64,000 nt of DNA from contig JBBECS010000054.1 of the NCBI GenBank assembly GCA_040881685.1, forward strand, positions 26,953 through 90,952, in the 5' to 3' direction. Source of the stretch: Acidimicrobiia bacterium (GTDB lineage Bacteria > Actinomycetota > Acidimicrobiia > IMCC26256 > PALSA-555). This document shows positions 9,181 to 18,632 of the stretch, piece after piece (position 1 is the first letter of the stretch; every line of letters starts with the position of its first letter). The notes beneath the pieces are model-generated. The model had not been told where the DNA came from. It made no database searches and saw nothing but the letters and a program-made list of their open reading frames with translations. The translations under genes were made by a program, and so were the position numbers.

Positions 9181-9812
9181 GATCGTCGCTGCAGGTTCGA
9201 GCGCCCGCTGGGGGACTCCGTCTGTGCGGTCGCGCCGAACTCCGGCATCGTTGCGTGGTCGCCGTGGCTGATGCCCTGGCGGCGGAGGAGATGAGCGACC
9301 GTCATGCCGAGGATCCGGAGGTCGAGACCCAAGGAGCGGTGATCCACGTACCAGACGTCGAACTCGAGCTTCTCGTCCCAGCCGACCGCGTTGCGTCCAT
9401 TGACCTGCGCCCAGCCGGTGACGCCGGGGCGCACGTCGTGCCGGCGCGCCTGGCCCGGTGTGTAGCGGGTCAGGTAGCGGACCGGAAGTGGCCGCGGCCC
9501 GACGAGACTCATGTCGCCGCGGAGCACGTTGACGAGCGACGGGAGCTCGTCGACGCTCGTGCTGCGCAGGATCTTGCCCACGCGCGTGATGCGCGCGTGG
9601 TCCGATTCGGGAATCGTCTCCCCGGCACGCAGACCGCGCATCGTTCGGAACTTGAGCAACTCGAACGGACGCCCTCGACGGCCGGCTCGCGTGTCGCGGA
9701 ACAGAACAGGGCTGCCCATCGTGACGCGGACAGCAAGCGCCACCACGGCCAGCACCGGCGACGTGAGCACGAACAGGAGCGCCGTGGCCGATACGTCGAC
9801 GAGCCGCTTCAC
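9177..9812 (-). CDS. Polyprenyl-phosphate sugar-phosphate transferase (bacterial sugar transferase, PglC/WbaP C-terminal type); priming enzyme
   Basis: KRLVDVSATALLFVLTSPVLAVVALAVRVTMGSPVLFRDTRAGRRGRPFELLKFRTM...DELPSLVNVLRGDMSLVGPRPL...RPGVTGWAQVNGR. Start is uncertain: GTG 9812 (VKRLVD) was chosen, while the track ORF runs to 10043. Confidence 0.85.
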   Translation of the reverse strand: MKRLVDVSATALLFVLTSPVLAVVALAVRVTMGSPVLFRDTRAGRRGRPFELLKFRTMRGLRAGETIPESDHARITRVGKILRSTSVDELPSLVNVLRGDMSLVGPRPLPVRYLTRYTPGQARRHDVRPGVTGWAQVNGRNAVGWDEKLEFDVWYVDHRSLGLDLRILGMTVAHLLRRQGISHGDHATMPEFGATAQTESPSGRSNLQRRS

Positions 9813-9941
9813 CCGTTGTATCCCCTCTTGCGCGCTTTCATCGAACCCCGATGCTTTCAAGCCTAAGAACCATCGTACGCCGCGCGTCGGGCGGCTGTTG
9901 TTCCACGTCGAGCAACAAGAGCAGTCGGTAGAGTCACCTGG

Positions 9942-10874
9942 ATGGCGCGCTTCGACTTCGTCAGCCGGGAAGCCTTCTCGCTCGCGTTTCTCGTTGCCCT
10001 CGCGGGCAGCGCTGTGATCGCCGTAACCGCGCTCGCGTATCAACGCTGGCGCGCGACGAACCGCGTGTTCCCCGTGGCAGGCCTCGTCGGCGTCGGTGCT
10101 GCGATCCTCGCTCTTCGAGAGACCGACGCGGTGCTGGGCGATGCCGACGACCTCTACCGCGGCCTTGCCGCGTTGGCCGCGGCCGGCCTCGTTGCGGCCA
10201 TCCCCAAGGTCCCCTGGTTCGTGCGGCTCGTTACGCTGGTCCCAGGAGCCGTGCTCGTGTCGGACGCCGCGTCATCGGTCACTCACAGCAAGATCGGCGG
10301 CGATTGGGTCCGCGTTCTGGTGCTCGTCGCCGTGGTGGCCGCTGGTACCGCGATCGTCGGCTTCGATCGCCACTATGCGCGAGACGGACTCGGGCCCGTC
10401 GCGCTCGCTGTCACTGCTGGCGGTGTCTTTCTCTGTGTCCCCGACACCGAACAGGCGTTGTCCCTCGTCGGGGCGTTCGCCGCCGTCGCGCTCCTGGGCT
10501 GGCCCAAGCCTCTCTGTTCGCTCGGAGCAGCCGGAGCAGCCCCGGCGGTCGGGCTCGTCGCCTGGACCACGGCCGTCGGCGGACGGGGACGTCCGGCATC
10601 GATCGTCGGGGGGATCGCGTGCGTCGGATTGCTGTTGCTCGAGCCCGCCGTCCGTTCACTGCTCCGATCGCGGGCGCGCCCGGCACCGCGTGAGCCTTGG
10701 TCACGGGACGCGCTCGTGATCGTGGCCATTCACCTCGGTGTCGTCGTGCTGTGCTCCCGGCTCGCGGGTTCTCGATCATCGGCGACGGTCGCGGCCGTCG
10801 TCGTCATCGTCGTCTTCTCCACCGCGGGCCTGCTGCTGTGGCGACGCATCTTGCCGGCGCACGTGCCCACGTGA
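9942..10874 (+). CDS. Polytopic integral membrane protein, family not recognised
   Basis: ATG 9942. The 310 aa are almost entirely hydrophobic A/L/V/G segments, giving several predicted TM helices. No motif recognised. Confidence 0.5.
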   Translation: MARFDFVSREAFSLAFLVALAGSAVIAVTALAYQRWRATNRVFPVAGLVGVGAAILALRETDAVLGDADDLYRGLAALAAAGLVAAIPKVPWFVRLVTLVPGAVLVSDAASSVTHSKIGGDWVRVLVLVAVVAAGTAIVGFDRHYARDGLGPVALAVTAGGVFLCVPDTEQALSLVGAFAAVALLGWPKPLCSLGAAGAAPAVGLVAWTTAVGGRGRPASIVGGIACVGLLLLEPAVRSLLRSRARPAPREPWSRDALVIVAIHLGVVVLCSRLAGSRSSATVAAVVVIVVFSTAGLLLWRRILPAHVPT

Positions 10875-11084
10875 GACGACGAGGCAGTCCGAGCGTGAGC
10901 GGAGGTCAGCTCCTGCCGACAACGAGGGCATCAGCAGTACGACAACGAGGTAGAGCAGGAGGCCGCTCACGACGATCCCGATGATCGGTGCCTCACCCGC
11001 GACGAGCGACACCGCAAGGACCGGGAACGCGAGCGTCCCGACGACCACCAGTGCGGGGCGCAGGAACGACCTCTTGGGCCTCAT
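10776..11084 (-). CDS. Possible small two-TM membrane protein (weak call)
   Basis: MRPKRSFLRPALVVVGTLAFPVLAVSLVAGEAPIIGIVVSGLLLYLVVVLLMP is followed by a low-complexity tail. The 3' end overlaps the convergent gene 9942-10874 by ~100 nt, which argues against it. Confidence 0.25.
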   Translation of the reverse strand: MRPKRSFLRPALVVVGTLAFPVLAVSLVAGEAPIIGIVVSGLLLYLVVVLLMPSLSAGADLRSRSDCLVVSRGHVRRQDASPQQQARGGEDDDDDDGRDRRR

Positions 11085-11180
11085 CACTCCGTCGGAGAGG
11101 GCACGGAGGTGCCTCGCGCTGCTCCTCGACGCTTCCGTCGACGCGTCCGGCGCATCCACGATGACGACAGCATGACCGAA

Positions 11181-11199
11181 CCACCCGCCACACGGGTGG
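11181..11199. terminator. Hairpin just past the end of the long minus-strand operon
   Basis: CCACCCG (11181-87), loop ccaca, CGGGTGG (11193-99). It begins 8 nt beyond the TAA stop (11207-09) of the last GT4 gene. A T-rich run (ATTTCGGTTATT) follows on the plus strand. Confidence 0.35.
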
Positions 11200-11206
11200 A
11201 TTTCGG

Positions 11207-12310
11207 TTATTGCAGCATCGCCGAAATGAGGTCGTCCCACGCGTCGGCCACCCGGTCGATGGAGAAACGCTCGAGGCACCGGCGGCGCGCGGCCGACCCG
11301 AGCGCGCTCGGCGCACGCAGCGCGCGCTCCAGCGCGTCGGCGAAGCCCGCCCGATCACCGGGTGGAACGACATAGCCGGTCATGGTGTCGGCGACGATCT
11401 CACGCACGAAGCCGACGTCGGTCGTGACGACGGGGAGGCCGCAGAGGCCCGCTTCGATCAGGGCCCCCGGAAGACCCTCCGTGTGACTGGTGAGCACGAC
11501 GACGTCCGCAGCCGCGAGCGCGAGCTCCGGTTGATCCGTCGGCCCGGCGACGTGCACGCGGTCGGGCGCGACGCGCGATGCCTCGGCCTCCGCTGCAGAT
11601 CGCTCGGGACCGTCGCCGACGACGAGCAGATGAAGCCCGGGGATCGACGCGACGGCCTCGATCGCCAGCCTGACGTTCTTCTCCGGGCTCAGCGCGCCGA
11701 GGTAGAGCGCGACCGGTGCCTCCGCCAAGAGCTCGAAGTGAGCACGGGCGCGCCGACGAGCCTCGGCGGTCGCTGGCGTGAATCGCTCCGTGGGGACACC
11801 CTTTGGGATCACGCGGATCTTCTCCGGCGAAACGCGATAGCGCGCGTTCAGCTCGCCTGCGGTGGCTGCAGTGAGCGCGACGACGGCTGACGTCCGACGC
11901 AGGAAGGCAACGCTTCGGAGCCGGCGGGCGGGGGTCGTACCCCAGTGGGCGGGATCCCCGACGTTGCGGTAGACGAACGGCGTGCGCGTGCCGGTCGTGG
12001 CGAGCGCGCACGCCGGGAGGGTCGTCGAGCCGTGGGCCACGACGAGACCAGCATGGCGAGCTTCGGCTCGCAACGCGCGCAGCGTGGCGATTCCGAGCCG
12101 GCTGGTCCCGAGCGTCGGCACGTCGAGCCCGCCCTCTTGGCGACCGCGCACGAGCGCGACGGTCCGTACCGACCGCCCGCGATCGGTGAGGGCCCGCTCG
12201 AGGTCGGTTGCGAAGACCTCGGCGCCGCGCCGGTCGGTGCTCGTGATCACCTGGAGGACGTCGACCGTGTCAGGTCCGGTCCGCGGCGCCTCGCTCGCTC
12301 GGCGGCTCAT
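11207..12310 (-). CDS. Glycosyltransferase family 4
   Basis: VDVLQVITSTDRRGAEVF..., YLGALSPEKN..., VVVLTSHTEGLPGALIEAGLCGLPVVTTDVG. ATG 12310 overlaps the upstream stop (ATGA). The track ORF extends spuriously to 12976. Confidence 0.8.
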   Translation of the reverse strand: MSRRASEAPRTGPDTVDVLQVITSTDRRGAEVFATDLERALTDRGRSVRTVALVRGRQEGGLDVPTLGTSRLGIATLRALRAEARHAGLVVAHGSTTLPACALATTGTRTPFVYRNVGDPAHWGTTPARRLRSVAFLRRTSAVVALTAATAGELNARYRVSPEKIRVIPKGVPTERFTPATAEARRRARAHFELLAEAPVALYLGALSPEKNVRLAIEAVASIPGLHLLVVGDGPERSAAEAEASRVAPDRVHVAGPTDQPELALAAADVVVLTSHTEGLPGALIEAGLCGLPVVTTDVGFVREIVADTMTGYVVPPGDRAGFADALERALRAPSALGSAARRRCLERFSIDRVADAWDDLISAMLQ

Positions 12311-13269
12311 TGAGCGTCGAGGCCCTCCCCCTCGCCGAGGCGCCACACCCGCTGACCCATCGAGGGCACCCAGGCCGCGGCCAAGCGGGCCCAGCGCCGC
12401 GGCGACCGCGGCTCGGCGCGCACCGCTGCTGCGAGCAGACGTCGGGCCTCGCGACGCTTCCCGATGCGCGCTGCACTGACCCCGGCGATGGAGAGATAGT
12501 TGGCGAGCGCGCGGGGGGAACGACTGATCCGCTCGCGATGATGCTCCAGCACGTACACGACCCCCTCGTACAACAGGGCAGCGGTGCTCAGGGGGCGGTC
12601 GGTGGGCGGGCGTGCCTCGATCTTCACGCCCGGCTCCGCCACGCTCCGTACCTCGAGCCCGAGGTTGAGGCAGTGGGGAACGAGGCGGAACGCGAGCTCG
12701 GTGCCGTGGGTCGTCTGCAGTCCCGGTGCGTAGCCGCCGACGCTCTCGAAGAGCTCGCGACGGACCGCGAAGGTCCCACTGGCGAACGACCCCACCTGGT
12801 CGTCGTACGCCGGGCCGAGAGGCATGGGCTCCTCGGTGCGCAACGGCGCACCTTCCGCGTCGACGACGATGCGACCACAACACACGATCCCGCTGGCCGG
12901 GTCGGCCCGTTCGGCGCGGAAGAGCTCGAGCCAGCACGGCAGCGCCTGGTCGTCGTCGTCGAGGAACGTGAGCCACCGACCACGGGCGATCTGCGCGCCG
13001 GCGTTCCGCGCCGCAGAGAGGCCACCGTTCTGTTGGCGACGAAGACGGATCCGGTCGTCCCGGATCGCCGACACGACGTTCGCCGTATCGTCCGTCGAGC
13101 CGTCGTCGACGACGATGAGCTCGAAATCTGTCACCGTCTGCGCCAGGACGCTGGAGATCGCCCGCGGCACGATCGAGCTGCGGTTGTACGTGGGGATCAC
13201 GACGCTGAACGCGGGCGCACCTGGGGCCGACGCGTGGGCGAGACCCGCGGAACCCTGGTCTTGCATCAT
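12307..13269 (-). CDS. Glycosyltransferase family 2
   Basis: FSVVIPTYNRSSIVPRAISSVLAQTVTDFELIVVDDGSTDDT...NGGLSAARNAG...LDDDD. ATG 13269 overlaps the upstream stop (ATGA). Confidence 0.8.
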   Translation of the reverse strand: MMQDQGSAGLAHASAPGAPAFSVVIPTYNRSSIVPRAISSVLAQTVTDFELIVVDDGSTDDTANVVSAIRDDRIRLRRQQNGGLSAARNAGAQIARGRWLTFLDDDDQALPCWLELFRAERADPASGIVCCGRIVVDAEGAPLRTEEPMPLGPAYDDQVGSFASGTFAVRRELFESVGGYAPGLQTTHGTELAFRLVPHCLNLGLEVRSVAEPGVKIEARPPTDRPLSTAALLYEGVVYVLEHHRERISRSPRALANYLSIAGVSAARIGKRREARRLLAAAVRAEPRSPRRWARLAAAWVPSMGQRVWRLGEGEGLDAQ

Positions 13270-14438
13270 CGGCGTGGGCCGTGGCCGGCCGCGCGGGATA
13301 CCGACGCGAGCGAACGGCGATAGAACGCGACCATGTCGTCGGCCACCTGCCCGATCGTGAAGTCGGCGAGGAAGCGCCGACGAGCGACGTTCACGCGTCG
13401 CTCGGTGGCTCCGCGTTCTCGGAACACACGCGCAATCGAGCGCGCGAGGTGCTCCGGCGGCGAGCTCGGGGCCACGAGAACCGCGCTGGCTTCGTTGACG
13501 ACCTCGCGGATCTGTGGAAGGTCGGTCACGACGATCGGGAGCTCGAGCGCCATCGCCTCCATCACTGACCCCGGCGAGCCTTCGCGGCGCGAGGTCAGCA
13601 CGAAGACATCGGCCGCGCACAACAGATCAGGGACGTCGTCACGACCCCCGAGGAACGTCACCGAGTGACCGAGGCCGAGCCGATCGACGAGCGCGCGGAG
13701 GTCGGTCGTGGCGCCGCCTTCTTGTCCGGCGACGAACAGGTGGATCGCGTCGACGTCGGCCGCCAACGACGGCATCGCTTCGAGGACGACATCGAGGCCC
13801 TTCGCGTGCTCCTGGCGTGCTACCGCCAGCAGGACGCGCGCGTCCGGCGCGAGACCCAGTTGCTCTCGTGCCGTGGCCCGACGCTGCGGTGTCCGAGCGC
13901 CGAGCGAGTCCGGATCTCGGCCGCGCGGTACCACGTCGATGCGGTTTCGCGGATAGCGGAGGTTGTGCGCCATGAGGTCCGCGACGTGCGCGGATACCGC
14001 GTGCAGCCGTACCGCGAGTCGGGCGGTCAGCGCGTCGACGACCTGCGCACCTCGCAGCTTCCAGCGTCGCAGCGCTGGGTTGCTGCGATGGGCGGGTCCG
14101 TAGTGCTCGCTCACGAGGCTCGACACCACGGGTGTCCGCGTGCGGCGCGCGGCGACGCGTCCCGCGAGGTCGCTCTCGAACAAGGTCGTATGGACGAGGT
14201 CCGGGCGTCGCCTTCCGAGCAGTGTCGTCAGGCGTCGCATCCGCTCCATCCGTCTGTTGCCATCGACGAAGTGGAGCATGGCACCCGCGCGCTCAAGGTC
14301 GGCCTGGAGGCCCGGTCGGTCATGCAGGTAGGCGACTTCGAGGTCGACGCCCCGCGCGGCGTAGTGGGGTGCGAGGGCGAGCAGCGAGCGTTCGGCACCA
14401 CCGGGCACGAGGCTGTCGATGACGTACAGAAGACGCAA
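13266..14438 (-). CDS. Glycosyltransferase family 4
   Basis: (L/M)RLLYVIDSLVPGGAERSLL..., VARQEHAKG..., VFVLTSRREGSPGSVMEAMALELPIVVTD. The start is TTG 14438. Confidence 0.8.
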   Translation of the reverse strand: MRLLYVIDSLVPGGAERSLLALAPHYAARGVDLEVAYLHDRPGLQADLERAGAMLHFVDGNRRMERMRRLTTLLGRRRPDLVHTTLFESDLAGRVAARRTRTPVVSSLVSEHYGPAHRSNPALRRWKLRGAQVVDALTARLAVRLHAVSAHVADLMAHNLRYPRNRIDVVPRGRDPDSLGARTPQRRATAREQLGLAPDARVLLAVARQEHAKGLDVVLEAMPSLAADVDAIHLFVAGQEGGATTDLRALVDRLGLGHSVTFLGGRDDVPDLLCAADVFVLTSRREGSPGSVMEAMALELPIVVTDLPQIREVVNEASAVLVAPSSPPEHLARSIARVFRERGATERRVNVARRRFLADFTIGQVADDMVAFYRRSLASVSRAAGHGPRR

Positions 14439-14447
14439 GCCGGGCTC

Positions 14448-15407
14448 TCAGCGACGCGGGGTGGACGGCTGCTTCGGATCCGCCCATGGGATGACGGTCC
14501 GACCGAGTCGCCCACGATAGCCGTCGACCACTCCGCGCAGCTGCAGCAACGAGAACCGGGCTCCGTAGCGCGGACCGTGACCCCAGGACGCGACCGTGCG
14601 AACGAGCGACTTTGCAGTCTCGCGCCGGGCGAGGTCCGGTCGGTCGAACATCTGGCGCATCGCGTAGACGTAGTTGCGGGTGACGTAGTAGCGCCGCCAG
14701 ATCGCGTCGTAGGGCTGGCGCGGCAACTTGGCGCGGTGCACCGTCACGCCAACCCGATTCGCGATCTCGCGGTTGCGGTACATGAGCTCGCCGTCGACCA
14801 TCAGGCGATATCCGGCCTTCGCCACGAGCAGGCACCAGATCGGGTCGTAATGCCCGAAGAAGAACTCGGGGTCCGGCGTCCCGATCTCCTCGAGCACTCG
14901 TCGGCAGACCGTCAGCTGCTGACCACCACCGACGATGTCGACGGGGACGTCGCCTGTCAGCTCATCGTCGCGCAGCCGGCGCTGCTCCCCCGTCGTCCAG
15001 TCCCAGCGACTCCCGACCGCGGCCACGACGCCGAGCCGGCCGTCGTCGTTCCGCTCGATGAGGGCACGGAGACGCTCGACCGTGTCGGGTGTGAGTGGCG
15101 GATCGTCGTCGTCGACGGAGTGGATCCACTCGCATCCCCGGTCGAGGAGAAGACGCATCCCGAACGCGACGCCACCGGCTGAGCCCAGGTTCTCGCCGGT
15201 GGCGCAGTACTCGAGGCGGGCATCCCCGAATTCGCGAATGACGGAGGTCGTCTCCTCGTTGTCGCCGTTGTCGATCACGACGACGAGCTCGGGAGGAACG
15301 GTCTGTGCGATGAGCGCGCGGATCGTCTCCCGAAGCTGGGTCGGGCGATTGAAGGTCAGGATGAACGATCCGAAGCGGGGCGCGCTGGCTTCAGGCATTC
15401 CTGGCAT
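14448..15407 (-). CDS. Glycosyltransferase family 2
   Basis: FGSFILTFNRPTQLRETIRALIAQTVPPELVVVIDNGDNEET...NLGSAGG...HSVDDDDPP. Start placed at ATG 15407 (MPGMPEASAPRF). Confidence 0.8.
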   Translation of the reverse strand: MPGMPEASAPRFGSFILTFNRPTQLRETIRALIAQTVPPELVVVIDNGDNEETTSVIREFGDARLEYCATGENLGSAGGVAFGMRLLLDRGCEWIHSVDDDDPPLTPDTVERLRALIERNDDGRLGVVAAVGSRWDWTTGEQRRLRDDELTGDVPVDIVGGGQQLTVCRRVLEEIGTPDPEFFFGHYDPIWCLLVAKAGYRLMVDGELMYRNREIANRVGVTVHRAKLPRQPYDAIWRRYYVTRNYVYAMRQMFDRPDLARRETAKSLVRTVASWGHGPRYGARFSLLQLRGVVDGYRGRLGRTVIPWADPKQPSTPRR

Positions 15408-15552
15408 CAGATCCAAGCACTCGCGGCTCCTGGCAGGTGATCCGTCAATGGTGCCCGCCGAGTCATCGCCGTCGCGGCGCACCGCCGCATACGTTCGCGC
15501 GGGTCCCGAGGGTAGCCAATCGCGCGCTCCGCGGGACGCTCAGCACAAGTCC

Positions 15553-16749
15553 TCACCGGTGCTTCGTCCGATTGACCAGCCGCTTGAGCGGGTCTCGGAC
15601 GGTCCGCATGGCCACTCCCAACATGGGGAGGGGGTCGTCGAAAGCGAAGCTCGAGGTGGCTTCGTATCCGACGATGGAACGCAGCCACCGATGGACCGGG
15701 ATGTCATCCTCGCGAGCGGCGACGACGTCCTTCCAGGGTTTGCACCAGCGGGCGCCGATGAGCACCGGGCCAATCGGAGGTCGAGGGGTGCCCGTGAGGT
15801 CGGCGTAGACGAGCGCGGGGATGTTGACACCTGCCACGGCCCCCAGGTGGTGCCAGAGGTTGAAGCGCGGGTTGATCTCGAGCAACCAGAGGCGCCCCTC
15901 CGGATCGCGCTTGAAATCCGCCTTGGCCACACCCGTGAGACCGAGGGCATGTGTGACCTTCCGCCCGAGCTCCTTCACGTCGGTCTCGTCGGTGATCGTC
16001 ACCGCCGTCGACTCGCCGAACATGCGGGGCAGCGTCCTGATCTTCCGGCCCGTGAACTCGGCCACGATCTGGCGTCGATCGTCGATGTAGACGTGATAAC
16101 TCTCCACATGCGTCTCCCCACCGGGGATGAGCTCCTGGACCATCACGGTGGCACCGCGCGCCTCGAGACTGCCCCAGAGCTCCGCGAGCCCGCCGGCGTC
16201 GGGTACCTCGAGGGCCTTGGCTGCGCCGGCGACCGACCTCCAGAGTTCGTCCATGTGCCGGCATGGCTTCACGACGACCGGGAACCGAAGTGCCCGCAGA
16301 TCGAGGTCGGAGACGCCGGGAGCCAGCACCTCAGCGCGCGGCACCGGAAGGTCGTGAGTCCGCGCCACCGCTCCGAGGCGGGCCTTGTCGATGAGAACCT
16401 CGACGAGATCGGCGCTCGGAACCACGAACCGAAAGCCTTCCTGCAACCGTTCTCGGTGCCGCGAGATCATGAGAAGTTCGGGATCCCCTTGGTAGAAGAG
16501 AACCGGCGGCAACTTCTGCCGCCCAGCCCAGGCCGAGAGTCGCTCGACAAGGAGTTCCTGCTCGCTCCACGGATCGATGACCCAGTCGATCGCGTCTCGG
16601 CGAAACCGGGAGAAGCGGGGAGGCTTCCATCGCTGGGTGACGACAGCGCCGCGGATCCCGGCCAGAAAGAGTGGGCGGACGAGATCCATGTCACCGATCA
16701 CGCAGGCCTGTGTTCCCTCGGCTCCGCGGCGGGCGCCTGACCTAGCCAC
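15553..16749 (-). CDS. ATP-grasp domain protein (second one in the region)
   Basis: FPVVVKPCRH..., MVQELIPGGETHVESYHVYID..., LTGVAKADFKRDPEGRLWLLEINPRFNLWHHL. Start uncertain: GTG 16749 would overlap the PHP gene stop by 8 nt; the alternative is ATG 16689. Confidence 0.75.
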   Translation of the reverse strand: MARSGARRGAEGTQACVIGDMDLVRPLFLAGIRGAVVTQRWKPPRFSRFRRDAIDWVIDPWSEQELLVERLSAWAGRQKLPPVLFYQGDPELLMISRHRERLQEGFRFVVPSADLVEVLIDKARLGAVARTHDLPVPRAEVLAPGVSDLDLRALRFPVVVKPCRHMDELWRSVAGAAKALEVPDAGGLAELWGSLEARGATVMVQELIPGGETHVESYHVYIDDRRQIVAEFTGRKIRTLPRMFGESTAVTITDETDVKELGRKVTHALGLTGVAKADFKRDPEGRLWLLEINPRFNLWHHLGAVAGVNIPALVYADLTGTPRPPIGPVLIGARWCKPWKDVVAAREDDIPVHRWLRSIVGYEATSSFAFDDPLPMLGVAMRTVRDPLKRLVNRTKHR

Positions 16750-17452
16750 TCCTGCCTGCCAACTCCAACGCCTTGTGCTTGACGAAACGCCGAGCCTGGT
16801 AGCCGACGACGCGCGGCCGCCGGCGCTTCCATCCGTAGATCGCCTCGGCCACGGCGACGTCACTCGTGCGAGTCGGCACCGGGACGGGACAGGTCGCATC
16901 GGCTCGGAGCACGACCAGCGGATCCGGGCCGTCCGGATAGTCGACGAACCAGCGAGCCTCGCGCTTCAGATGGGCGTCGGATCCGAACGCGACCGCCTTA
17001 CCGTGGCGCGCGCAGAGCTCGATCGCCTCGCGATTCTCCTCGCGGTTGCAACGCGAGTTGAACACCTCGATCACGTCGGCGCCCGCGGCCAGCTCCTCGA
17101 TCTCCTTGTGGCTCCGGTATGGGTGAGGCAGCCAGACCATGGCCCCGTACTCGCGAGCGAGGACTCGGAGCGAGCGCCACGTCTTCAGATCGGACACCGG
17201 AGGGACCTCCTCCGAGGGGAACACCACGATCACGTCGCCGAGATCGGTACGAATCTCCGCGGCGACGGGCACGATCAGGGGCAGCCCCTGCCTCCCCACG
17301 ATCGACCGTGCCTCGAGGCTCCCGGCGAAGGAGTCGTGGTCGGTGATCATTGCCAGGTCGACAGCGTTGGCCCGCAGCACCCGGAGCAAGACAGGTACCC
17401 GGAGTCGGCTGTCCCAGGAATGACGCGTGTGGATGTGGGTGATCGCTCGCAT
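16742..17452 (-). CDS. PHP-domain metal-dependent phosphoesterase
   Basis: MRAITHIHTRHSWDS...LAMITDHDS...VWLPHPYR...FGSDAHL are the His/Asp metal-ligand clusters of the PHP fold. ATG 17452 abuts the upstream stop (17453-55) with no spacer. Confidence 0.75.
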   Translation of the reverse strand: MRAITHIHTRHSWDSRLRVPVLLRVLRANAVDLAMITDHDSFAGSLEARSIVGRQGLPLIVPVAAEIRTDLGDVIVVFPSEEVPPVSDLKTWRSLRVLAREYGAMVWLPHPYRSHKEIEELAAGADVIEVFNSRCNREENREAIELCARHGKAVAFGSDAHLKREARWFVDYPDGPDPLVVLRADATCPVPVPTRTSDVAVAEAIYGWKRRRPRVVGYQARRFVKHKALELAGRSG

Positions 17453-18628
17453 CTACTCGTTGCTCAAGCGCTCCCCGTGGAGCGTCTCAGGACGCCGGGT
17501 GGGTTCCGCCGCCGGCGAACGCCGGACGCGCCGGTGGCGCCGCCGGAGCGACCGGGCGGCGCGGGTCCGCCCACGGTCGAGGCGGCCAGGGACGCCTCGT
17601 CTCGAGAGCATGGCGGCGAGCAACGTGCGCTCGCCGTTCGCCCATCGTCGTTTGTATTCCTGCCCCCCGCGCATGAAGTCGACCTCGGTAATCCCTCGCT
17701 GCAACGCGTCCGCGATGGCGCGATGGTTCACGAGCTGACCGGGGCTGAACTCGCCGTAGTCGGGGTCGAACGCGCCCTTGAGCATGTAGAGCCGCGAGCG
17801 GTACTCCAGATCGAGCTCGACGGCGATCGGGCGCCCGTCGGCGCTGAGGGTCAGGAGCCGGGTGCGGCCGACGATGTCCAGGGCACGGATGGCATCGAGG
17901 AGGAAGCGCTCCGACGCGGGGTCGGCCAGCAAACCCTGGAGGCGATCGGTCTCCCCCGCCCACCGCCGACGGTGGACCTCGAGGAACGCGTCGAGGCCGG
18001 CCTCCAGACGCCCGTGGGTGTGGTGCTCGAAGACCACCTCTCGATGTCGCTCCTCGAGCCGCCGGAGACGCTGGCCGATCTTGTGCCGCTTCGCCGCCTT
18101 GCGCAGGTCGAACCCGGCGGTTGCGTCCGTGTACGGGCACGAACCGTCGAGCGGCACCTCCGAGTAGCCGATCCCCGGAACGCCGCGAAGGCTGCGGCGC
18201 AGGAACTCGACGAAATGACTGTCGGCCACCAGTCGCGAGAAGACCACCGGGTGTCCCCGGCTCGTGGCGACCTCCTCGAGGTGGCCAAGCAGCAACGCCA
18301 CCGCCTCCTCCTCGCGCCGCACCAGGACGATGCCTCCATAGTCACCCGCGTCGTGGCTCACCGACTCGAAGAAGGTGCCGACCACGGGGCCCACGCCCAC
18401 GCGCGAACGCATCAACGGGGCAGTCGCCACGAGATCGTCGCGCTCCCACATGGTGATGACGTGCAACTGCGCCGCGGCCCCGAAATGCTCCCACCACGTC
18501 CGCAACCACTCCCACGTCAGGAACACGTTGGCATCGACGCTCGCGTCGCACGCCGCGTTCCACGGCGCGCGCAATCGATCGAACTCCGCGACATCGCTCA
18601 CGACGCGCAGCTCGAGCGGGGTACTCAT
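17453..18628 (-). CDS. CelD/BcsL / FemAB-like GNAT-fold acyltransferase, paralogue A
   Basis: MSTPLELRVVSDVAEFDRLRAPWN...NVFLTWEWLRTWWEHFG...LEVHRRRWAG...EVDFMRGGQEYKRRWANG. This pattern matches the ~380-aa Acetyltransf_6-type family as I remember it. It has a 14-aa longer, R-rich C-terminus than B and C. Confidence 0.75.
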   Translation of the reverse strand: MSTPLELRVVSDVAEFDRLRAPWNAACDASVDANVFLTWEWLRTWWEHFGAAAQLHVITMWERDDLVATAPLMRSRVGVGPVVGTFFESVSHDAGDYGGIVLVRREEEAVALLLGHLEEVATSRGHPVVFSRLVADSHFVEFLRRSLRGVPGIGYSEVPLDGSCPYTDATAGFDLRKAAKRHKIGQRLRRLEERHREVVFEHHTHGRLEAGLDAFLEVHRRRWAGETDRLQGLLADPASERFLLDAIRALDIVGRTRLLTLSADGRPIAVELDLEYRSRLYMLKGAFDPDYGEFSPGQLVNHRAIADALQRGITEVDFMRGGQEYKRRWANGERTLLAAMLSRRGVPGRLDRGRTRAARSLRRRHRRVRRSPAAEPTRRPETLHGERLSNE

Positions 18629-18632
18629 GTGT

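Noticed and set aside
12311-12976. N-terminal 222-codon extension of the GT4 ORF 11207-12976. Similar extensions occur on 12307-13620, 7499-8500, 22046-23143, 39136-40197, 41494-42129 and 25156-27072.
   Set aside because: The extensions overlap the well-supported upstream gene in another frame and are Arg/Pro-rich. Each gene has an internal start that forms a 4-nt stop/start overlap or follows a good SD sequence.
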